Source of the DNA: an uncultured Chloroflexia bacterium
GTDB lineage: Bacteria > Chloroflexota > Limnocylindria > Limnocylindrales > CSP1-4
Assembly (NCBI GenBank): GCA_963828165.1
Contig: CAWHDR010000001.1
Span: 1,824,001-1,888,000 of the forward strand
Direction of reading: 5' to 3'
DNA: 64,000 nucleotides
Position 1 is the first letter of the stretch. Each line of letters begins with the position of its first letter. A model generated the notes under the pieces. It was given only the letters and a program-made list of their open reading frames with translations. It was not told the DNA's origin and searched no databases. Both the position numbers and the translations under genes were made by a program. Of this stretch, positions 1 to 9,839 are shown piece after piece.

Positions 1-188
1 GGCTGTACACGACGTACAACCACATGTCGAGCGTGTCCGTGGGCCGCGGCCAGCGAGTCGGCAAGGGCCAGCGCGTCGGTGCCATGGGCGCGACCGGGTT
101 CGCGACGGGCTCGCACCTGCACTTCGAGGTCTGGCGCGGCGCGATCTGGAGTGGCGGCTCGCGGGTCAACCCGCTGGCCTACCTCTAA
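1..188 (+). CDS. M23 family metallopeptidase, C-terminal fragment (5' truncated by window)
   Basis: Manual translation from base 3: LYTTYNHMSSVSVGRGQRVGKGQRVGAMGATGFATGSHLHFEVWRG...VNPLAYL*, with the M23 HLHFE motif; TAA at 186-188. Confidence 0.85.
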   Translation, partial: LYTTYNHMSSVSVGRGQRVGKGQRVGAMGATGFATGSHLHFEVWRGAIWSGGSRVNPLAYL

Positions 189-258
189 GACTCGCACCGC
201 ACCCGGTCACCGATCGGTCGGATCGGTCGCGCCATGGGTGCGTGGGAGAATGACCACG

Positions 259-1554
259 ATGTTCCTCGACCGCGTGAAGATCTGGGTCCGTGCCGGCGAC
301 GGCGGTGACGGGGCCGCGACCTTCCGCCAGGAGGCGCACGTCCCGCGCGGCGGGCCCGACGGCGGAGATGGCGGTCGTGGTGGGTCCATCCTGGTGCGCG
401 TCGACCCAGGGCTGACGACCTTGCGTGACTTCCAGTACCGCCACCACTTCAAAGCGAAGCCGGGCGGCCGCGGCACGAAGGCCCGCCGCCACGGCAAGGC
501 CGGCGAGGATCTCCTCCTGGAGGTGCCGCCCGGGACCGCGATCGTCGACGACGAAAGCGGCGCGCTGGTCGCCGACCTGGTCGCCACGGGCCAGCAAACG
601 ACCGTGGCGCGCGGCGGTCGCGGCGGCCTGGGAAACACTCATTTCAAGACGCCGACCCATCAGGCACCCAAGCACGCGCAGAAGGGCGAGCCGGGCGAGG
701 AGCACTGGCTGCGCCTGGAGCTGCGCCTCATCGCCGATATCGGGCTCGTGGGCCTGCCGAATGCCGGCAAGTCCACGCTGCTCGCCGCCCTCACCGCCGC
801 GACCCCCAAGATCGCCGACTACCCGTTCACGACGCTCGAACCGAACCTCGGCGTCATGGACCTCGGTGACGAGGACGAGCGCCGGCCGACGATCGCGGAT
901 GTGCCCGGCCTGATCGAGGGCGCCAGCAGCGGGGCGGGGCTCGGCCACGCGTTCCTGCGCCACGTCGAGCGAACACGGATCCTCGTCCACCTGGTCGATG
1001 GCGCCTCCCGCGACCCGGCCTGGGACCACGAGGTGATCCGCGACGAGCTCCGTCTGCACGATCCGGCGCTGCTCGAGAAGCCGTTCCTGATCGCTTTCAA
1101 CAAGATCGATCTCGGTGCCGCGCGCGAGGCTTGGCCCGCGTTCCGCGCGGCCCGGGAAGCCGAGGGGCTCGAGGCCATCGCCATCGCCGCGTCGACCGGG
1201 GAGGGGCTCGATGCCCTCCGTGCCCGTGTCGCGGAGCTGCTGCCCTCGGCGACGGAGCTCGCCGAACCGCCCGAGCCGGCCGGCGTCGTCGTCCACCGGA
1301 TCGATGCGATGGGCGACGGTTTCGCGATCGAACGAGAAGCAGACGGCGGCTTCCGGGTGCGCGGCAAGCGGATCGAGCGGACCGCCGCCCAGACCAACTT
1401 CGATGTCGAGGAGTCGGCTGAGCGGTTCCAGCGCGCCCTCGCGCGACTCGGCATCGACGCCGAGCTGCGACGCGCCGGGGTCGCCGCCGGTGATCTCGTG
1501 CGGATCGGTGCTTCGGAGCTCGAGTGGGAGCCCCAGCCGTGGGAGGAGGAGTGA
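259..1554 (+). CDS. obgE: GTPase ObgE/CgtA
   Basis: MFLDRVKIWVRAGDGGDG Obg N-domain, GLPNAGKS, YPFTT, DVPG, NKID and a C-terminal OCT-like domain. Confidence 0.97.
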   Translation: MFLDRVKIWVRAGDGGDGAATFRQEAHVPRGGPDGGDGGRGGSILVRVDPGLTTLRDFQYRHHFKAKPGGRGTKARRHGKAGEDLLLEVPPGTAIVDDESGALVADLVATGQQTTVARGGRGGLGNTHFKTPTHQAPKHAQKGEPGEEHWLRLELRLIADIGLVGLPNAGKSTLLAALTAATPKIADYPFTTLEPNLGVMDLGDEDERRPTIADVPGLIEGASSGAGLGHAFLRHVERTRILVHLVDGASRDPAWDHEVIRDELRLHDPALLEKPFLIAFNKIDLGAAREAWPAFRAAREAEGLEAIAIAASTGEGLDALRARVAELLPSATELAEPPEPAGVVVHRIDAMGDGFAIEREADGGFRVRGKRIERTAAQTNFDVEESAERFQRALARLGIDAELRRAGVAAGDLVRIGASELEWEPQPWEEE

Positions 1555-2204
1555 CCGCTTCTCGGCCCGCTCCGGTGATCGGCGTGTTCGGCGGCACCTT
1601 CGACCCGATCCACGTTGCCCATCTCGCGGTGGCCGAGGCGGCACGCGACGCGCTGGGCCTGGAGCGCGTGCTGTTCGTCCCGAACCGGCAGCCGCCGCAC
1701 AAGCCCGATCAACGGGTCACCCCGGCCGCGGACCGCCTCGCCATGGTCCGAGCCGCGATCGGGGGAAACCCTGCTTTCCAAGCGAGCACGATCGAGATCG
1801 ATCGGGAAGGGCCGTCGTACACGGCGGACACGCTGGATAGGCTGCACGCAGACCGCCTGGCCGCCGGAGAGTCCGGGGAGCTGGCGCTGATCCTGTCGGT
1901 CGATGCGCTGGCCGGGCTCGCGACCTGGCACGAGCCGGCTCGGGTGCTCGAGCTGGCCACGCTCGTGGTGGCGCCACGCGACGGCTACCCGGACGTCGGG
2001 CCGGAGGAGGTCGCTCGGCTCGTCCCGGGCGCGGAGGCCCGGCTGGTCGTGCTGGATGGCCCGCGGATGCAACTTTCGGCGTCCGAGATCCGGGCTCGCG
2101 CGGCGGCCGGACGGTCGGTGCGCTACCTCGTCCCGGATGCGGTCGCGGCGTATATCGGCGACCATGCCCTGTACACCGAACCTCGGAGGATGGATCGATC
2201 GTGA
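1551..2204 (+). CDS. nadD: Nicotinate-nucleotide adenylyltransferase
   Basis: GVFGGTFDPIHVAH, PPHK, GPSYTADTL, SASEIR, RYLVP; GTG start overlaps the obg stop. Confidence 0.95.
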   Translation: MTASRPAPVIGVFGGTFDPIHVAHLAVAEAARDALGLERVLFVPNRQPPHKPDQRVTPAADRLAMVRAAIGGNPAFQASTIEIDREGPSYTADTLDRLHADRLAAGESGELALILSVDALAGLATWHEPARVLELATLVVAPRDGYPDVGPEEVARLVPGAEARLVVLDGPRMQLSASEIRARAAAGRSVRYLVPDAVAAYIGDHALYTEPRRMDRS

Positions 2205-2647
2205 CCGACCCCGCGCTTTCCGGCCCCGTGGCCACGGAGCCCCGTGCACCGAGCCCAGATGGCCTGCCGCAGCGCGATACGCCCGCCGCCACGAGCGGCG
2301 ACCGCGCCGCCCTGGACCTCGCCCGCCGCGTCGTCGAGCTGGCCGAGGACAAGAAGGCTGCCGATATCGTGCTGCTCGAGCTCGCCCCGTTGACGACGCT
2401 GGCTGACTACTTCGTGATCTGCTCCGGAGGCTCGGAGCGACAGCTCGAGGCCATCGCCGACGGGGTGATCTCCTCGCTGCGCGACGACAAGGTCAAGCCG
2501 ATCGGCCGCGAGGGAACGGCCGCGTCGCACTGGGTGCTCATCGACTTCGGGTCGGTCATCGTGCACATCTTCACGCCGCCGGAACGCGAGTACTACGGTC
2601 TCGAAAAGCACTGGTCGGAAGCACGCACGATCCTGCGGGTCCAGTAG
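2201..2647 (+). CDS. rsfS: Ribosome silencing factor
   Basis: EDKKAADIVLL, DYFVICSG, WVLIDFGSVIVHIF, REYYGLEKHW. Confidence 0.95.
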   Translation: MTDPALSGPVATEPRAPSPDGLPQRDTPAATSGDRAALDLARRVVELAEDKKAADIVLLELAPLTTLADYFVICSGGSERQLEAIADGVISSLRDDKVKPIGREGTAASHWVLIDFGSVIVHIFTPPEREYYGLEKHWSEARTILRVQ

Positions 2648-2764
2648 GCGCGCTCGCGCGACCGGCTAGTCCTCTCGGCGCAGGTGCGGGGCATCCCCCC
2701 GTACCAATGGGCGGAGTACCGTCGGGTCATGGGGAGGCCCCGTGGCGCATGACAGCATCGCGGC

Positions 2765-3019
2765 ATGTCCGCTCTTCGCGACCGTTGTCCCGCCTGTGAT
2801 CACCGGCTCATCACGACCCGGTTCGACACGACATTCCGGCTGCCCGACCGGAGTGAGCGGCTGTGCTTCGGGATCCCCGGCGGACTGTGCGAGGACTGCT
2901 CGCAGCTCTACATCGATCCCGAGCTGATCGAACTCCTCGATCTCGGCGAAGGCCGCTGCGTCTTCGCGATCGAGAGCGACCTCGTCCTCCAGGAACAGGC
3001 CTGGTCGTCCGCCGACTGA
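2765..3019 (+). CDS. Small zinc-ribbon protein (YgiT-type zinc-finger-like)
   Basis: 84 aa with CPAC and CEDC pairs about 30 aa apart; normal codon usage. Confidence 0.65.
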   Translation: MSALRDRCPACDHRLITTRFDTTFRLPDRSERLCFGIPGGLCEDCSQLYIDPELIELLDLGEGRCVFAIESDLVLQEQAWSSAD

Positions 3020-3049
3020 CGGTCTCAAAGGCGGTGTCCGGTCCCGGGG

Positions 3050-4126
3050 TCAGCCGGGGCCGGCGCGCCGCTCTCCGCTGCCGTTCCGCGCAGCGTGGTC
3101 GCCCACCCACATCGTGAACGCCAGCCGGCGCTGGGCGCTGTCCACCTCCGATCCCGGAGCTCCCTTGACCATCGCGTCGAGATCGACCAATCCCTCGAGC
3201 GCGCGCACGAGCTCCGCGGTGGTCCACAGGCGCGCCTGCCCGGCCAGGGTCTTGGCCCGGTACTCGCTCGCGATGCCCATCTCCCGGGCCGCTGCGGGCA
3301 GCGCGGTCCCGGCCGCCAACCGGTCGCCAAGCTCGAGCAGCTCCACGACCCGCCGATGCAGGACCGCCAGCAACACCGGTTCCGGGGTGACGTCGATCAA
3401 ACGATCCAGCGCCGTGAGAGCGGCGTCGGGGCGACGCTCCCCGACGGCGTCGGTCAGGGCCCAGACCGAGCCCGGCGTCGCCTCGGCGACGAGCGCCCCG
3501 ACGTCGTCGGCCGTGACTGGTGCTCCGTCGAGGGCGTGGCGCAGCGCCAGCTTGTCGAGCTCGCCCGAGGCGATCCGGCTCAGATAGCGGCGCTCGACGT
3601 CGCCCTGGGTGACCCGGCTGCCCAGGCGATCGGCGAGCGCGCGGGCCGCCCCGGGCGCCAGCGACAGGCCGCGATCGCGCGCCTCGGTCTCGATCCAGGC
3701 ACCGAGCGCGGTCGGGCGGGGCGCCATCGCCTGGCGGACCGCCCCACCGGCGGCCTTGACGGCGTCGACCAGGCGCTTCGAGCCCGGTCCCTTCGCGCCC
3801 GATTTCGCGGCCTCGACGAAGGCGAGCGCGTTGCCGGTGGCAAGCATCGAGATCGCCTCGATGACGCGGTCGCGCGTGTCATTCCGGCGAACCAGCGCGC
3901 CCGGGTTCGTCACGACGGCCAGCGTGCCACCGCCGAACAGGGTGGCGGTCGCCAGGCGCTCGTGAAGCTGCGCCGCCCCGCTGGTGGCGGTCGCGAGATC
4001 GCCGCGCAGGTCCCAGCGTTCGAGTGGCGTGCCCAGCTCGCCCGCCAGGGCGGTGGCGAACCGGCCGACCAGGCGTTCGGCGACCAGCTCGTCGTCGCCC
4101 CAGACGTACAGGAGCGGCGTGATCAT
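3050..4126 (-). CDS. holA: DNA polymerase III delta subunit
   Basis: LLYVWGDDE, ATLFGG, ELDKLAL, VWALTDAV, LVDLDAMVKG; lies downstream of comEC as usual. Confidence 0.85.
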   Translation of the reverse strand: MITPLLYVWGDDELVAERLVGRFATALAGELGTPLERWDLRGDLATATSGAAQLHERLATATLFGGGTLAVVTNPGALVRRNDTRDRVIEAISMLATGNALAFVEAAKSGAKGPGSKRLVDAVKAAGGAVRQAMAPRPTALGAWIETEARDRGLSLAPGAARALADRLGSRVTQGDVERRYLSRIASGELDKLALRHALDGAPVTADDVGALVAEATPGSVWALTDAVGERRPDAALTALDRLIDVTPEPVLLAVLHRRVVELLELGDRLAAGTALPAAAREMGIASEYRAKTLAGQARLWTTAELVRALEGLVDLDAMVKGAPGSEVDSAQRRLAFTMWVGDHAARNGSGERRAGPG

Positions 4127-4734
4127 CGCGCCGCCGATCCGAGGCGCGCGGCGCGGAACGCATCCGCGGTCCACGGCAATCGTCGGACCTCGGACGGCGT
4201 GATGCCGGCGGCTCGACACACCTCGGCTTCCAGGCGTTCCGCCCGGGAGTGCACGGCTCGCCAGGTCAGCTCGTCCCAGCCATCGGGATACCTCCGACGC
4301 CAGGAGGCGAAGCGGGCCGCCATCGACTCGAGCCGCTGGCCCGCGCGCTTGTCCGCGTACGCGACGATGCGCTCCTCGCGGCTCGCGAAGGCCGCCCAGC
4401 GCCGGTACGCCTCACCGTCGGCGAGGCGCGTCACCGGGTGGGCGGCGACCGCACGGGCGAGCTCGGGGTGACCGTGGTTCGTGAGCCACGCCGCCGAGCC
4501 GTGGCCGTGCCCCAGCCGCCGGACCGGATCGGCTTCGGGGAGGATCTTGTCGACGTCATGGAGCAGGGCCGCGGCCTCCACGACCGCTCGATCGACGGGC
4601 GTCCCGTGCGCCGCGATGCGCGCCGCCAGGAAGCCCGCTACCTCGGCCACGGCGCGTGCGTGCGCGAGGAACCAGGCGGGCGGATCCAGGGAGGAGAGCA
4701 GGGCCGCGGCAGCCACGCGCCCGGGGACGGTCAT
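4123..4734 (-). CDS. HD-domain phosphohydrolase (HDIG/YqeK-like)
   Basis: H..AVA, AALLHDVDK, HGHGSA, AVAAH, VAYADKR metal-ligand pattern. Confidence 0.85.
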   Translation of the reverse strand: MTVPGRVAAAALLSSLDPPAWFLAHARAVAEVAGFLAARIAAHGTPVDRAVVEAAALLHDVDKILPEADPVRRLGHGHGSAAWLTNHGHPELARAVAAHPVTRLADGEAYRRWAAFASREERIVAYADKRAGQRLESMAARFASWRRRYPDGWDELTWRAVHSRAERLEAEVCRAAGITPSEVRRLPWTADAFRAARLGSAAR

Positions 4735-7644
4735 CGACTCGATGGTAGCCGAGTCGGGCCGACGGTCCGGGTGCTGGCAGTAGGCCCGGACGTGTGCCGA
4801 GTAGCCGTGCGTTCCGACGCCGACCATGCTGCCGTCGATCACCACCGCGGAGGGACCATGGCGCGGACGAGGTATCGGGTTCTTGCGATCGGCCTGACGC
4901 TCGTGTCGGCCGCGGTGCTCGTGCTGTACCTGACGGGTCCGGGGCAATGCGCGGTGCCGCTGCGACCGTCCCTGAGCCTGTACGGCCCGCCCATCGTGGT
5001 GCGCCCGGGCCTGTGCGCAGTGGACTCGGTCGTCCCCGTGTGGCTTCTGGGGGTAGCGGCGATGTCGCTCGGCCGCTCGTATCTCCTCCTGGCCCGGGGA
5101 ACGCGACCGGCACGACACTCCGACCCGCCGCCGGCCTGACCTCGGGGATCGCACAGAGGAAGCTGCGCTGGGGCCCGGTCGCCGTCGCGGCCGCGGCCGC
5201 CAACCGTTGACCGCCCTCCGCCTCCGCCGCGCGCGACACGACGTCCGTCGCCGCGCGGCGCGGCTCCGTCCGCACCGCGGGACCCTCAGCCCTGAACGTC
5301 ACCGAGACCGATCCGTCGACATCGGTCCGGTACACCCGTGCTCCGGACGCCGCGAGACGATCCAGGGTGGGACGGGCCGGGTGGCCATACGGGTTGTCGG
5401 CTCCCGCGGAGGCGATCGCGATACGCGGTCGGACCGCGTCGAGGAACGCATCGGTCGTTGCCGTCCGACTGCCGTGATGGGCGACCTTGAGCAGATCGAC
5501 CCGTGGCAACCCGTCGGTCAGCAACGAAGGGTCGACGTCTTCCTCGACGTCGCCGGTCAGGAGGAACCGGCGCTCGCCGATGACGCCGAGCAGCACGACC
5601 GACACGTTGTTGATGCCGCTGCCGGTATCGGGCGGTTCCTCCGGCACCTGGCCACGCACCGGCCAGAGCACGCGCATCGCGACCTCGTCGACCGTCAATC
5701 GATCACCGGCGGCGATCGACATCCGGGTCGGCGCTCCGGGTCGGTCAAGCTGATCGAGCCAGGCCGCGTAACCTGGTCCGGGCCCCCGCATCCCGGGCTC
5801 GAGGACACGGTCGACGCGATAGCGCTCCAGGAGCAGTGCCAGCCCTGCGACGTGATCCTCGTGTGGATGGGACAGCACGACGGCGTCGAGTCGCCGGTCC
5901 CACGGTGGGATCCGTCGATCGAGCTCGACCAGGAGCCGATCCGGGTCGGGCCCACCGTCGACCAGCAGCCGCCCGCCGCGTGAGCCTTCGATCAGGATCG
6001 CATCGCCCTGGCCGACGTCGAGGATCGTGATCCGCGCCACGCCCGCCGGGCGACTGACCGCGACGGCGCCCGCGACCGACACCGCCACGACGAGGCTGAG
6101 TGTCGCCGCGCGGCTGGCTCGCGATGAGCGGGCTCCCTGTCGGTGCGATCGCACCGACACGTCGCTGATCGGGGCGCGCCGGGCCGAGCTTGGGGACCCC
6201 ACCGCGTCTCGACCGCGGGCCGCCGCCGAAGCAGGACCATGGCGACACCCACGCCTGCGCTCCCGACACCAAGCGCCACACCGACGACGGGTTCGAAGGC
6301 GATGCTGCCGAATGGGATCCCCGCAGCGACCTCGACGACCCCGATGGTCATGCGTAACGCGATCCAGCCCGGAGCCGCGAGGATCGCGCCAAGGGCCGCG
6401 GGCGCGCCGGCGCTCACCAGGGCACCGCCGAGCAGAGCCACGAGGCCAGCAGCCATGGCAGGCGTGACCAGGGGCACGACCACCAGGTTCACGGCCGGTG
6501 AGATGAGCGCCAGCCGGCCGAACGAGGCCAGCACGATGGGGAGCGTCGCCGCCTGTGCCGCCAGGGAGACGCCCAGGCTCTCGCTCAACCAACGGGGGAG
6601 GCGACCGCGAGTCAGGCGATCGAGTCGATTCGTGAGTGGGGTCGCCCACGCGACGAGCCCTGCCGTGGCGAGCGTCGATAGCTGGAACCCGGCGTCGCTC
6701 ACGAGCGCCGGCTCCGCGAGGAGCAGCAGGAATGCCGCGAGACCAAGCGCCGCGGCGGCCCGGCCGCTTCGACCGGACTCCCGGGCGAGGAGGACTACCC
6801 CGGCCATCGCCCCGGCACGCAGCACCGACGGCGATGCCCCGGCGAACACGATGTACGACACGACCGCGATAGCGGTGACGATCGCTCGCCGTCGACGACC
6901 GAGCCGACCGGCCATCGCCCCGACGGCGGCGGCCACGATCGCGATGTTCCAGCCCGAGATCGCGACGACGTGACTGACGCCGGCGGTCGTGAAGTCGGCG
7001 GCGACCTCGCGGTCGACTCGATCGCGCAGGCCGATGAGGATCCCGGCGGCCAGCCCCGCCTCGGGTTCGGGTAGCACGCGGGTCAGCACGCTCGCCGGCA
7101 TCGCGGCGCCAGCCCTCCAGCAACGTGCCCGGATCGGTCGGCCGCTCCAGCACCTCCATCGACCGGGCATCGAGCGTGCCCCACGCGTCGAGTCGTTCGA
7201 GATAGCGACCATACGGGCTGTCGGGCCGAGGCCGCGCGCGTCCCGCGACGGTGATCTGGTCACCCGGTTCGATCGCGGGATAGCGCGGCAGCGTGGCGGC
7301 GACCCGGAATCCGCTGAATCCTCGGACAGTGTCCGGATCGTGGCCACCTGGTGACCTTCCCGCGGAGAGCCAACGGTCTCGACGACCATCGTCCACGGCC
7401 CACTGCCCGCCGGTGCGCCTGACAGGCGGGCTCCGGCCGGCCCCAGCCCCGCCCGGAGGGTGATCGACAGGATCCCGATCGCCAACGCCAGAAGCCCGAT
7501 GCGACGCGCGCGCGGCAGCCACAGGCCGATGAGCAGCAAGCAGCCGGCCGCAGCGACGAGGACACCCACGAGATGGCGGTTCTCAGCTCCGACCGTCAGC
7601 GCCGCGATCGCCGCCCCGGCCGCCAGCCAGCCGGTGCGGGGCAT
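4556..7644 (-). CDS. comEC: DNA internalization competence protein ComEC/Rec2 (three apparent frameshifts near 7310, 7095 and 6130-6230; true 3' end uncertain)
   Basis: Segments alternate between two frames: GVSHVVAISGWN, SPSVLRA, GFQLS (competence domain); LDVGQGDAIL, SHPHEDHVAG, LTGD, KVAHHGS, NPYGHP (MBL domain). Confidence 0.9.
4858..5139 (+). CDS. Putative small two-TM membrane protein, antisense to the comEC 3' tail
   Basis: GGAGGG RBS then ATG; MARTRYRVLAIGLTLVSAAVLVLYL...VPVWLLGVAAMSLGRSYLLL; two hydrophobic segments and two Cys. Confidence 0.5.
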   Translation: MARTRYRVLAIGLTLVSAAVLVLYLTGPGQCAVPLRPSLSLYGPPIVVRPGLCAVDSVVPVWLLGVAAMSLGRSYLLLARGTRPARHSDPPPA

Positions 7645-7645
7645 C

Positions 7646-8416
7646 TCAGCGCACCGCCACCAGTTCGCGCAGCTTTTCGAACGTCTTCTCGCCGAGGACG
7701 CCGCGGGTGCGCAACTCTTCGACGGCCGCGAACGGTGCTTCCTCGCGAGCCGCGATGATCTTCAGCGCGGTCGCGGGACCGATCCCGGGCAGCGCCTCGA
7801 GCTCGGCCTGGGTCGCGTGGTTGACGTCGACGGGAGCACCCGCAGTGGCCGGCTCGCCCGGTACCGTCGATGCGCCCGCGGGCGCGACGGCGGGCACGTC
7901 ATCTCGCGACGGAACCCGCACTTGATCGCCGTCATGGAGCGTCGCCGCGAGGTTGAGCTCCCGCTCGGCCCTGACCGTGTCGACGCGCGGCCCGTATCCG
8001 CCGGCCGCCGCCACGAGATCGCCGACCCGGGAACCGGGCGCCAGGCGAAATACACCGGGTCGCGGGACGGCGCCCACGATCTCGACGACGACCTCGCCTC
8101 GGGACCCGGTGCCGGCCCCGCGTTCGGCTTCGGAGCCCGATGCGCCCGATGAACCGGCCACTCCGGACGCACCTGGGGCCGTCAGGGCCGAGCCGCCGTC
8201 GACGATCACGGCGCCATCTGGCGCCCCCGAAAACGCCAGGATGAAGGCGACCACCGCGAACCCGACCGCCGCAACGACGGTCGCGACGACCTTGAAGATG
8301 GCCGGCGACAGCAACGCCGCAGCTGGACGATCCGCTTCCGGCGCCGTCCCTGCGGACGCCCTCGCCTCGGCCGGCGTGTCCAGCACCCGCCACGGCGGGG
8401 TCGCGGTCGGTTCCAC
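7646..8416 (-). CDS. comEA: ComEA DNA receptor (TM, SLBB, helix-hairpin-helix)
   Basis: [42 protein letters not shown]. Confidence 0.93.
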   Translation of the reverse strand: MEPTATPPWRVLDTPAEARASAGTAPEADRPAAALLSPAIFKVVATVVAAVGFAVVAFILAFSGAPDGAVIVDGGSALTAPGASGVAGSSGASGSEAERGAGTGSRGEVVVEIVGAVPRPGVFRLAPGSRVGDLVAAAGGYGPRVDTVRAERELNLAATLHDGDQVRVPSRDDVPAVAPAGASTVPGEPATAGAPVDVNHATQAELEALPGIGPATALKIIAAREEAPFAAVEELRTRGVLGEKTFEKLRELVAVR

Positions 8417-8660
8417 ATCGCACTCCGCGGCGGGCGGTCGTGACCGACGACGAGGAAACCGCGACGTCTCGCCACGTTGGGGGCACTTCCGACGCGGCGA
8501 GACGTCTTCGAGACCTTACGCACGGGCGCTTAGCTGCGACTTATCGCGCCAGATCGGGAACGCTGCTCCTGCGACCCTTCTGCAAGGTCACGGCCCGCCG
8601 AAGCGTAGAATCCGAGCCACGTCCCCGGCCACCCTTGTTTCCCGCACAGGAGGACCTTCC

Positions 8661-8864
8661 ATGGCCGTCGCCCGAGTGACCGAGATCAGCTCCACGTCGT
8701 CGAAGAGCTTCGAGGACGCCATCCAGCAGGGCGTCGCGCGCGCCACGAAGACGCTGCGCAACGTCCGTAGCGCCTGGATCAAGGAGCAGCGCGTCGATAT
8801 CCGCGATGGGGCCATCGCCGAGTACCAGGTCAACATGATGGTGACCTTCATCCTGGACGACTGA
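8661..8864 (+). CDS. Dodecin family protein
   Basis: MAVARVTEISSTSSKSFEDAIQQGVARATKTLRNVRSAWIKEQ...YQVNMMVTFILDD; AGGAGG RBS. Confidence 0.92.
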   Translation: MAVARVTEISSTSSKSFEDAIQQGVARATKTLRNVRSAWIKEQRVDIRDGAIAEYQVNMMVTFILDD

Positions 8865-8866
8865 CG

Positions 8867-9217
8867 ATGGACGTCGAGACCGTTCGCAAGCACGCGGACG
8901 CCTACTGCGCGGCGCTTCTTGCCGGCGACATCGGACGGGCGTCCGAGGAGTTCAGCCAGCAGCTGAAGCAGAACATCGGCGAGGTGGTCTCCCAGCTGCC
9001 GCTGCCGCTGACCCAGGCCGCCGTCGAATCCGTCGACGTCGCGGGCTCCGGCTACGTCGCCGTCCTGCACCTGACCGGCGAGACCGACGACATCCGGATC
9101 GAGACCCGCTGGAAGGACCGCGACGGCCGCCCGACGATGGTCGAGGCGAGCCACGTCATCGAACGGGTGGCAGCGCCACCGGCCGAGGAAGGCGCCGAAG
9201 CCGAAGCCGAGGCGTAG
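8867..9217 (+). CDS. Hypothetical protein
   Basis: Starts 2 nt after the dodecin stop, normal codon usage, followed by a terminator. Confidence 0.7.
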   Translation: MDVETVRKHADAYCAALLAGDIGRASEEFSQQLKQNIGEVVSQLPLPLTQAAVESVDVAGSGYVAVLHLTGETDDIRIETRWKDRDGRPTMVEASHVIERVAAPPAEEGAEAEAEA

Positions 9218-9249
9218 GCCTGAGACGTCCGCGACACGCCCGGGGAATC

Positions 9250-9287
9250 GAAGGAGCGCCTGCCGAACGGCAGGCGCTCCTTCTTCT
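9250..9287. terminator. Intrinsic terminator between convergent genes
   Basis: Inverted repeat GAAGGAGCGCCTGCCG/CGGCAGGCGCTCCTTC followed by TTCT. Confidence 0.8.
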
Positions 9288-9299
9288 GGGCAGTGATCG

Positions 9300-9569
9300 T
9301 TACTCCGCGGCCTTCAGGCTGCGGCCGAGGTCTTCGGCGACTGCGTCGTCGAGACGGCGCACCGCAGCGGCGCTGCCGCGGCTCACCGCGGCGAGGCCCT
9401 GCGCGAGCGCGCGCCGGGCGAACGAAGGTCGATCCGGCTCGAACGCCGAGAGCTCCGCCGCCTGACGGGCCTCGCGAGCCTCTCGCGTCTGCCGATACTC
9501 CATGCTGAAGACGTCGGCACGACGCTGATTGGCGAGATCGAGAGCAAGGAAGCTGTACAGGTAGTTCAT
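9300..9569 (-). CDS. Hypothetical small protein
   Basis: 89 aa MNYLYSFLALDLANQRRAD...RLDDAVAEDL; GGAG upstream. Confidence 0.65.
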   Translation of the reverse strand: MNYLYSFLALDLANQRRADVFSMEYRQTREAREARQAAELSAFEPDRPSFARRALAQGLAAVSRGSAAAVRRLDDAVAEDLGRSLKAAE

Positions 9570-9613
9570 CGTGAGGACTCCAGTCCGGCCGCAGCCGGAA
9601 GTTCAGAACGGGT

Positions 9614-9730
9614 TCAGCGGGTGTGGTCGTCAGGGAGGCGGTCGCGCGAATCGGTGCCCCAATTGAGGGCCGCGACGTCCAGGCTCATCAGACCGGCGAT
9701 GAGGATCGCGAACATGATCATGAATTCCAT
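9614..9730 (-). CDS. 38-aa membrane peptide with WGxDSR motif (below ORF-track cutoff)
   Basis: AAGGAGGT RBS; MEFMIMFAILIAGLMSLDVAALNWGTDSRDRLPDDHTR*. Confidence 0.75.
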   Translation of the reverse strand: MEFMIMFAILIAGLMSLDVAALNWGTDSRDRLPDDHTR

Positions 9731-9752
9731 GGCCGACCTCCTTTCCCGAGGT

Positions 9753-9835
9753 GTAACCCGTTTATCGTGTCTTACCGGTTACTAGGTGACTGTACCCCCT
9801 TGCGCGTAACCTGTCAAGCGCTATATAGTGGTTAC
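9753..9835. promoter_or_regulatory. Two GTAACC-N18-GGTTAC palindromic operators
   Basis: Half-sites at 9753-9758/9777-9782 and 9806-9811/9830-9835, both with 18-nt spacers, in an AT-rich divergent promoter region. Confidence 0.75.
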
Positions 9836-9839
9836 CACG

